Origin: Phoronis australis
Taxonomy: Eukaryota; Animalia; Phoronida
Reading direction: 5' to 3'
Assembly (NCBI GenBank): GCA_002633005.1
Contig: NMRA01000153.1
Location: 254,789-301,773, forward strand
Length of the DNA stretch: 46,985 nt
Positions 37,041-46,985 of the stretch are shown piece by piece (within the stretch, counting starts at the first letter, position 1; every line of letters begins with the position of its first letter). The notes below the pieces were generated by a model. The model worked only from the letters and a program-made list of their open reading frames with translations, did no database searches and was not told where the DNA came from. The position numbers were made by a program, and so were the translations under genes.

Positions 37041-40000
37041 ACACTAGATCTACACAGGTGTTCAACCACGACCACCACCTGTGCAGGGGATTTAAACCAC
37101 AAACTAATTTCATGCAACAACTTCTTTCCACCACAAAACATCTACACCCAGATGCCTGTCATTTCCAGACAGGATGACCCAGACAGGCCTGAAAGGACAA
37201 ACTATTATGCAACTCTTTCCAGCTGACTGCCAATCTGCAGTACTCCACAAGACGACTTCAACAGACAGTTCTTGTGAAACATATGGTAATGTTGACAGCA
37301 CCATTCCTTCAGACAGGGTAACATGCTGAGCCAGATGTGCAGATTCAATACAGATCTGGAGGGTAGAGTGGAGGGTAGGTTTGGATGTTTGCATGTTAAA
37401 ATGGACCTAGGTTTGGAAGGTGAAGTAGTCTCTTTCACAGTGCTCTTTGCAGAGATGCTTTGTTGAAATCATTAAATTAATTAATGAGTTCATTAACAAA
37501 ATAATTTCAACTTCAATCTAATTACAAACTTCATAAAACATTTTTTTTCTGGAAATAAATTGAATGAAAACCCAATTTCCAAAGGTGATGCTCTTTGAAC
37601 GCGAAATTCACCTATTTCAAATATATAAACGTTAATTAAGAATTTTGAATTATAGTTTCTGGTGGTGCAAATGACAAACAGAAAATTCTTAGTTACAACA
37701 CAAATGCATGCAGGGCCTCAACTTTGCTAAAAGTCATTCAAAAGAAAAGCAAGCCAATCAAACTAGTACTCTTTGTTCAGATAATAACTAGAATTCATTA
37801 TATACTCATCCAGCATTACTATTGTGTTGAATGTGTTTTTATATACTTAGAAGGAAGACCATCTTGCCTTGTAGTAAACACAATCTACTTCAACACATTT
37901 TCAAAAACTTCAACTTAATTGGCTGGTAAACATGTGCTTCAACCTATGAAGTTACACCACAAACATAGCCTCCGAAACATAGTATCCACACATGGCCTCC
38001 ACTCATAGCCTGCAGAGGTTAAGGTCAGTATTTTACGGAGTCCTATTTCTCACTGTTGGTGGTGCAAAATAGCACCATACTCTCATTTTGCTATGCCCCC
38101 ATCTCTCAACTGCCACAGATGTTTTCATCTCAGGTAAGGTAATTATCCCTTTTGACATCAAGGTTCTATTTCATGAAAAGGGACTTAAGACAGCAGAACT
38201 TAGGCCTACGCTCCTTACATTAGCTAAATAAAAGGTTAATAAAGTAATTATGAATGCATTACAGTGTACATTACAGTGTAGAAATAATTTATAGTAATTA
38301 TCTCAGGAACTAACATTTATGGCTTTATTCTCAACAACTTTGCTCTTTTCCTCAAATGAAATTCATTATTTTCCTAAATAGTTAGGTGGAACCAAATTTC
38401 AGACCACTTTTCAAGAAACAGGACCCAGAACAATCTTTTTTAGTCCAACATGGTATTAAGTTCCAATGTAAAATGCAAATGTCAAGGATAACGGGTAATT
38501 TTGTGCTAAATATAGCGTCGCTATCAATTGCAATTGTCCCAGCTACATAACATGGTTAAAATTCACAACACCTAGATATTTCTCACAGCATAATACAAGG
38601 CAGAGTACATGAATATCCCGACATAAGTGCCGTTAACACTACAAACGTTGACACGGATCAGCGGACACGGAACTGGAGCAAATTGACACCGCAGTGACAA
38701 CTTTTGCCACCCGTGTGTGAGGTAGACCAAGATGCGCTAGAACATCTTGCTCCGTGTCAATTATGTGTCTTAATGCGAAACTGGGGCAAGGCGGAAAGGA
38801 TCATCTCTACTGTGCTTGTGTAATGACCTAAATACAGGTTCTCTGTCTCTTCAGCTCCTGTCATTTGTAAACCTGCGAAAGTGTGATCCATTCTCCAGCC
38901 TAAAATTTCCATCTTGCCACAGTTAGTGAGTTGTGTGTGTAAATGAACGCTTGACATCGATCAATTAGCTCTGTGTCAGTTGTGGGGCGGGCCAAAAGTT
39001 GATGTCTAAAGGGGACTATAGGTTATGATGGTAACATTATTATCTAAATGAAGCCCTTGTAGTGCTTGTATTTCACTAATGGCTTAGTAGTCTTTTGATG
39101 TTATCATTATCACTATGTCAGTTCTTTAACAACCAACTTCTAAATAGTTTAGAAACACTACATAAACAAGAGGCCAGTAACTTAGAGGGACATCAAGTGT
39201 TGTTTACATAACACCTTGGGACATCGTGTGTTTCATACAATGGTGAGTGTCTAAGGTTTAATTTTTAAAGGCGATCAAAAAATCAAGTCGCAATATCTAG
39301 GAAAACCAACACTTATTTTCTACGGTTGTACTACACAGGCGTAAAGGAGCGGACAGTTGCTTTTTTGTCTTCATAACAATACAGGATGAACAATGGCAAG
39401 CCCAAGGACAGGGATTGTAGCAACCAAAATCAATTAGGTACACTACAATGTAAGACAACACTTCAGTCACATTTGGTTTCATAACTGTATAGTGCCAGAC
39501 ATTTTTGTGGTGATTCATCACTTTTGAAACAACAAAGTAAATGATAAATGATACTGCTATGCCCAATTTGTCCTGAGCACTTTTGTGAAAAAACCACATG
39601 AGGTGACACCTTGATTGTCCTCCCTGACAGCTTGAGTTATGGCCCCAGAAACTAAGTCACAACACAATGGTAGTCTAGACTCTGATGCAACCTCAAGCCT
39701 ACCACTCTGGTATTATCTAGTTCATCAGTCATTATGCAACAATATGGCCCTTAACTGATGGTCAGACTTCATAACTCAGACATCATAACTCAGACATGAG
39801 TAGATTATCATCCAATCTCATGGAAGCCATGCTAATTACCATCTAGGACTGTGTTGTGTGCCACTGTAACCCTAAAGGATTTAAAACCAGTGAAGACCAG
39901 GCTGATCTTGACACTACTGTCTGCAGACAGACACAATGAAAGAACACAGGTTGGCCGCCCACATGAGAGAGGCATCCACCAGGCAGATAAATAAGGCAAC

Positions 40001-40817
40001 TGGGAACTGTGGCCCACTTTGAATCCAATTAACCAAGCCCAACCTGCTGAACAGAATAGCAGCTAGAGTCTTAAGAAAACAAACAAGTCTGGGATCAGAT
40101 CTGAACCAGACTCTGGCAAACACAACAGAAACCAGTCTCAAGAAACTGCGAGTGGGATTGCATGAAGTGTGCCAAGGAAATGAACCAAGCAAGTGGCCGC
40201 AGACACGCAAAGGTCAACTGTGCAACAACCGCGGTCAGTCACACACTTTTCATATTCTAACATCTCGGATTAGGATGACTTGAACCAGATTTAAGGCAAA
40301 TCTCACGGCAACCTGCCAGTCTGTCAGTGACACGATAAGCAAGTTTATGGTCAGTGTCCTTCCATATGCCAGAGAAACCACCTACCTCCTACCATGAGGA
40401 TTAATAGGACAGTCTATGAACACTGGTTCACTTTTGTTCTCCAAGTACACAGTGAAAATGTGAAACACATTAACAAGGACAATCATGACAGAAGAAATGC
40501 GTCGACTGACACGAGGTGAAATCAGCAATAGTTATCACTGGATGTCTAATACAATATCCCAGTCCCAAGACTTGTATATATCAGGAAGTGTGTTCAACAG
40601 TTACTCAAAGCAAGAAAACAACCATGGCCCTCGTTACCCCCAAAAAGCCATAGTCATACGATAGCTTTTTACAGAAGAGAAATGGAGACTTGCAACTGGT
40701 TGTGAGTTTTGGCATCTCTGTTTACACTTCATGTAAAAAATCGTTGCCCAAAGGGATACATTCATTGTTTAACTTATCTCTGAAGTGTATATACCATATG
40801 AACACATACGGATTTAC

Positions 40818-40860
40818 CTACATCCTCAGTCGGCTGCATATCAAACAGGTGCACGTCAGA
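40818..40860 (-). CDS. Candidate short exon of an unidentified minus-strand gene
   Basis: tttctttcaag|TCT...GTAG|gtaaat; SDVHLFDMQPTEDV; no recognised homology. Confidence 0.3.
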
Positions 40861-42804
40861 CTTGAAAGAAATTCACATCACAAAATTGGCAACTTAGTGG
40901 TGATAACATAGAAAAAGGACAATATCAAACCAATGGTCCTAAATCCTGGAGCAGGGAAAGCATAAACAATACTAGCCTAAGATTAGACACAGGTGTTGAT
41001 ACAAAAAGTGAAATATAGATCTAGTAAAACCAACAATAGATGCCCCTAGTGGCATGGGGATAGACTTGCTTCATCAGATTGTTAAAAGTACATTAAGTCT
41101 CATGTAAACAACAGCAAACCCAAAAGGCTGCAGCTCACTACAACACCAGAATTTTCTTTTGAAGTCACTGCAAAGAACATTCCAAGATCTTACCAGATTT
41201 GATTTCTCTTTGTGCATGACGGTGCGTTCAGTATCGTGACCAAGGCAAGACTTGAGTAGTGCTAGAACCTTGTTGCTAGACATGAGTCTACGGAGGAAAC
41301 AAGTGTTAACTGTACATGCAGTGGACATCGACTGCTGATTTTGATCCACGCGCACACATATACACCTCCTAACTGCTCATTGCCAGTTGCATTAATACAC
41401 TCATGTCAGACAGCCAGACACTATATATACTCCAGAGCACAGACCTCATTACTAATTCACATTCTGTCCAATCACAATAGCCGATTAAGTTAGCCTGAAT
41501 GGGATATGAATCAACTGTCTAGACTGGCCAGGCCAGACAAAGTAAATATTTTGTAAGGCCAAACAATTCAATAGGACAAGAGATTTTTGACAACAGTTAT
41601 ATATAGATATGACAGAAGATACATTTGTTTGATTCACATAGCATTTTTCACCATAACAAAAATTCTACTTTTAAAGCAGAGTAAGACATCTTTCAGTGTA
41701 AACCATCAATAAAAACTGAGGTTTAGCAAAGTCTTTATTGACATTTTACACAAGTTAAAATAAATCATAACTACTTGTGTTCCAATGATGGGTGGAATGC
41801 GTTCAGGTCTGAAATATCAGTTTGCAATTCTTTTACTAACGCAAGTCAAAATAGTCAAGCAACTATCTACAAATTTGGTTCGAAAGTAGTAAAACAACAA
41901 TTAATAATTTTTATTACAATACAACCTAATGCTTTGTATTGAACAGATGAAGAAGTACGAAAATGTTTTTAGTCAATAGTCAAAAGGTATGCAAGTACCA
42001 TTACACATTTAACAATGATAAGTACAACAATAACGGTAAAATAGGGAAAGTAAAAGCACCAAGTTTCACCAGTACTTGGAAAATTCTGTTACGTGAGGTA
42101 TGCTAAATAAATTATCTCTTCCAAAAGTTAAAATTGGCTTCATGAAGCGATATTCAGCCTGTATTGAGTGTTTATTTCCAGTCTTGACATCTCGTCTAAT
42201 TAGAGTGTACATTTAATACAGTTCATGGGGGTATATTTGAGAAAGGCACTAAGATTTTGTTAATGAAGCCTCGACTTGAAATACGCCAGTTTGCCTCATT
42301 AGGGGAGTGTAGGCGAATACGTTACCTAGCAACACAGAAAACAATACAGAGCGAGGTAAAGTTCAGTAGCTGCCTCGCGGCTAGAAAGTCTAGCTAAAAT
42401 CAGGTCTTCTCATTAAAAATAAACAACAGTATCTCACACAATCTCTCCAAGTCTTGCTTTTCTAGCGAAGTCTAAGTGTCAATGAACTCTACCCAGATAT
42501 CTCTCAACTCAAATTTTTGAAAGTATCAATAAAAAATAACGTATCTACATGTTATTGGTAATTCTTAACTGGTGGACAGTCACATACACAGTAGATTCAT
42601 GAAGGGGATACAGGACACTCTTCTCAACAAGTTGGCATGGTTTGTTCCACAAGGTTATAAACATCGGAAATCTTCTCTAAATATTGAACTTTTTTGTGTT
42701 GTTAATTTCATTTGAAAAAGTTATATGTACAACAGTGGTACCATAGTAAAGTTTTACAAATTTAGAACACAATATGTCAGACAAGTGAAATCTTAATTTC
42801 TCAT

Positions 42805-43039
42805 TTTTTAAACCGACATGTTACACTATATCAATGCTTTCTAAACCGACATGTTACACTATATCAATGCTTTCTAAACCGACATGTTACACTATATCAA
42901 TGCTTTCTAAACCGACATGTTACACTATATCAATGCTTTCTAAACCGACATGTTACACTATATCAGTGCTTTCTAAACCGACATGTTACACTATATCAAT
43001 GCTTTCTAAACCGACATGTTACACTATATCAATGCTTTT
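42805..43039. repeat. 33-bp minisatellite x7
   Basis: TTTCTAAACCGACATGTTACACTATATCAATGC unit, nearly perfect. Confidence 0.97.
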
Positions 43040-43375
43040 TTTGCGAAGTTCTGAACCACAGCTACCATCATACAATATTTTGAAAAACTGCACAGACACT
43101 CAAAACGTAGTTAGAGGCCCTTGAAAAATGGAAAACAGCAACTATAGCAATTATTTTTGTCTGACATTTGTGAGATTTTACAGTCTCAGAATACTGTTAT
43201 ATGAAGTCTTAAATATAGGAATAGCATGTGTGGCATCCACATGGCATGTAATCAGGCAGCAGATATACCATCTTAAGTTATCTGTATACTGAAATAATTT
43301 CATATATGGACCTATGACCAGCTGGTTGCAGATCTACCTGATGACTAGCCTTCCTCATGCAAAACATGGATCAGT

Positions 43376-43436
43376 TTATTTACTGAAGCTTATCGGTCCC
43401 CCAAACTTTATGTTGGACATGAAGTTGTTGATATCT
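43376..43436 (-). CDS. Candidate terminal exon of an unidentified minus-strand gene
   Basis: ttttatttctgacag|A GAT...; DINNFMSNIKFGGPISFSK*, with the stop inside AATAAA. Confidence 0.3.
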
Positions 43437-45104
43437 CTGTCAGAAATAAAATAATGTAAGTAATTGTGTTGAAAGAAATAATGACCAGTTTGGCCTCATT
43501 CTGCTAAGAGCCATTTTATTGCTAGACAGGTGGATGTCGTTCAGCGCCACCTACAAATCACCTGTTATTTGGAAGTTGATTAAATAAGGTAGTACGATTT
43601 CCCAGAATTTTTGTTAATTCTTTGCCATCATGCTGTCAAATGAACACTGTACATTGAGTTATTCAATTGATTCAGGGAAAAACTCATCGCAATATGACTG
43701 CAAACAAAAGAAATCGTGTCTTGTTTTCTCATCTCAAAATAGGGTCAAGTGAATGTCACTTTCATGCTCTCACTGCCCTAAAGAGTATATTTCCTGCTGT
43801 TGCCCATCTTGAAAAGTGAATTGAGGTGTTAATTGAGCTGTGTACTGATGTGAAAGTAACCAAAGAAATACAATAAAACATCGCAAATACAGGTCAAAAT
43901 ACAGCGGACAAGTAAAATTGTTTTCTCTTTTTAAATAAAAGTAAAGTATTGTCAAATAATTGAATTCCATAGCTTCCATCAAACATTTTGAAAAATTGTG
44001 GACACTGAAAACAAGAAGCTACTGAAAAATGAAACAGTGATTATTTTTAACTGGTATAGGCAAGAACTTTCTCTATTCCAATTATACATAACTAACAACT
44101 AGTTGCAGGAGACCAAGAATGAATTGAGCACAAAGACAATTTCTATGGCCTAATACTGGAACGAGAGACTAGTAACAGTCACACCAAAAACATCAACAGC
44201 AGATATGCGAACAGAGTGTATTCATCACTTTATAATGTGTGTAACCCAATACTCCAAACACTGACAAAGCAAGTGGTGAAATAGAATAAGCATTGAAATT
44301 ATTAGACTGGAGAAACATGTCAATATCATGTCAATGTTGTTTTAACACTACCAGACATGGCAGGTTTCACTAAGACTTCAGGAAATGTTGAATAACATAT
44401 TGAATTTGATCACGAAGAAGCTTTATTGGAGAAAATGCACAGGGCAGCTGGTGTACTGGGTCAGAGTCTGTCTGGGATATGGTCAGCAGTAACATGTTAC
44501 CATGTCAAGCTTACACAATTCTGGGTTGTACAGTAGGCCAGTATCTAGTATCCAACAACAAGTCCCCCCCCCCAAATCACTTAAGAGGTGATAAAGAAAT
44601 AGTTTATTTTTTGCGAAGTAACCACATATTCTCGTGTTTTTAATGCAGCAAGCCAAGCAAGAGCAGGCACAGCGACAAAAAATTAAACACGTGGTATTTT
44701 GCGCAACACAACAACTGACACACACTTCCCAACTTAAACACCACGGTTCTTCTTATTTTACACAAACATGTTGTTACCCTACTTTTCTACCTCCGACAAC
44801 AGAGGATCAACTTTCACCAATGCAGTATTCAGACAGAGGCGATCAACAAGATGAAACTGTGAAAAAAACCTTTGAGCTACATGTGTGCACAAACTGCTCT
44901 GTTCCGAATCAAACAATGTGATTGGTTGGCCAAGACTGAGACACAGTTGGCTGGTTGCCATTGCAGCAGCAGTCTGAGAGTATATTGGGGGAAGTTACTT
45001 CATTGCCCAATCACGTGATGGGAGAGCAGACAGTGCAAGCCCGTGGTTTTACCACACGGCTGAACACCAGTTCTACAGTCCTTTGGTTTCACTCACGCAG
45101 AATA

Positions 45105-45663
45105 GTGAATGTTGGCCAAATCACCTTTTGTCCACTGACGTCACAAGCATAATGGCGCCCCCAGTGGAGGCCCTGAGAACTCGTAAACAAGCATGCTGGC
45201 GACTGCGATTAAAGTATTTTTTATGATTTTTCCAGAGCCGCTATGTTTTAGTGTGTTTTTTAAATAATGTTGCATGTCATACCTCTCAAAAAATTAATAT
45301 TGTTCGCGATCCTGCAACACCATCCAAATGTTCTTCTGTGTTACACACGGCAAAGCCAAAGTTTTATCCCCACGCGAAATAGCCTTATTTACGCTCGACT
45401 AAAAAGGAATCTTTCAATCATAATTAATTGATACTATATACCATTCATTATTATATACCATGCATTATGTTTTTAGAAAAAAAACGATACTCAACGTCCC
45501 AAATTAAATACAAGTCTGTTTGCCAGCCTGGCTCGGCCGTTGCTAGACTGGATACTACCGGGTTCATGAACTCGGTTTATTTACGAGTTCTCAGGGCCTC
45601 CACTGGAGGCGCCAGTATGCTTGTGACGTCAGTGGACAAAAGGTGATTTGGCCAACATTCACC
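45105..45663. mobile_element. MITE with ~86-bp near-perfect TIRs, TA-flanked
   Basis: GTGAATGTTGGCCAAATCACCTTTTGTCCACTGACGTCACAAGCAT...GAGAACTCGTAAA is inverted at about 45577-45663. Confidence 0.92.
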
Positions 45664-46985
45664 TATACCAGCTAATAATAACAATGTCTGCCTCATTGAA
45701 AGTCAACACTTACACGTCCAGGCAGCATGAAACACCAAAGCAAACTTCTTGAAAAAGAAATAAGGCAAAATGGTATAAAACAATGTCTAAGATAGCCATT
45801 TTTATTACTCACACGCTTACTACCGAAGCTCAAATGTTTACCAAATGTTGCTTGGTGACTGTTATTTGTACATAGCATGTTGAAAACAAAGTGTAATTTT
45901 CCTGAAAAGTTAAGAAATTTGACAAAACAAAACTTCACGTCTGCCACATTGTGTCCTGAACTGAAACATTTTACTGACACCCTTTCTAAAATGATGACCT
46001 AATTAAAACATCCAGCGTAAGTCAACTAAATTTAAAATTCAAAGACCATATGTTCCATTTTGCAATTCTTAAAAAAAACTGGTTTAAGTCGAGCAAATCC
46101 CATTTACAATATTTGATCAGACCAAAGAAAAACTAAGGTGCTATTAAATGACTTCCAATTTATAAAACGATTAATTCTGACACAATGTTAAAACACACTA
46201 ACTCCCCAAGACCAGAAGTCTAAGACAGTAATCCCTTTTAAATTTAATAATTAGCTTCCCACTTCAACCACAAGCACAGAACAGCTGTGCAATGCCTTTG
46301 GATACCTGTAAAATACTTGCACAATAGTCTGATTATATTTACATCTAGCCACAGTGACCTACATCCTAAACAATAGTGTCTGCCCCAGTACAGACTGATT
46401 CAAGCAAACACTCACATAAATTAGAGTAGTGCACATTTCTGTAAGCATTCCTTTGACTATCACAGCATGAACAACTGCCATGGCAAAAAAAGGATCCCCC
46501 GCTTTTCTCTTAAAATTTGCAAAAATTATTTCCTTCTATTATTTCAAAAAAACCTCACCGCATTAATTAATGATTATGGTATTTTTGTTCACGTGTTAGT
46601 TGATGAATTTGCATAAAACACACTCGACCAATACCTGGGTATTAGGTGCAGACAGCCTGGCTTGGAGACATGTGCAGGTCACCAGCCACTGAGATATCAG
46701 AGTTACAGACACCAGCATATCTAATAAAAGAGTCACATGCTCGCTAGTCACAATGAAAGGAAATTATGAAACTTCCTGGTGTTATTTTAACACACTTCCT
46801 CAGACAGTGCAGGATTTATATTTACAGTGAAACATAAAATAACAGGATGATAAAATATACAACAAAAGACCAACAACTACAAAAGAATTGAAGAAATAGG
46901 TAAGGTGATAAATACCTCGACCAATGAGACAAATGAACTTAGAAACAATCTCAACACCAGGGGGAGGAGAGTGGGGGGGGAGGAG

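Noticed and set aside
38626-39016. Possible Harbinger-like MITE
   Set aside because: Only about 10/16 TIR identity and no matching TSD.
42834-43124. Repetitive ORF MLSKPTCYTIS x7
   Set aside because: By-product of a 33-bp minisatellite; no splice or homology support.
45152-45170. CTCF-like GGCGCCCCCAGTGG in the MITE TIR
   Set aside because: One base short of the core spacing, so a poor match.

Overview
AT-rich metazoan (probably invertebrate) genomic DNA. There is no prokaryotic content, and most of the ORF track is spurious. (1) Six 3' exons of a plus-strand SEPT2-group septin closest to SEPT4/SEPT5 (3312-13047; 5' exons lie upstream of the window). (2) A convergent minus-strand gene that I reconstruct as a 244-aa single-pass membrane protein with two PPxY motifs (exons 20545-20531, 20083-19961, 18199-17603), with a likely CpG/CRE-rich promoter at about 24.4-25.6 kb. 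(3) A possible third minus-strand gene 3' end at 33-47 kb, supported only by short candidate exons. Introns and intergenic DNA hold many non-autonomous DNA transposons: a Kolobok derivative with THAP and KolX-like relics, two Tc2/pogo-like copies, a CAC..GTG element with a 5-bp TSD, several MITEs, a DINE/HINE-like repeat carrying co-oriented CTCF-like motifs, and many minisatellites. I found no firm evidence for a wholly new system. The best leads are the orphan PY-motif membrane protein, the TE-borne CTCF motif array, the Transib/Chapaev-like element, and a cryptic spliced ORF inside the Tc2-like element. All calls are by eye; no database searches were run.
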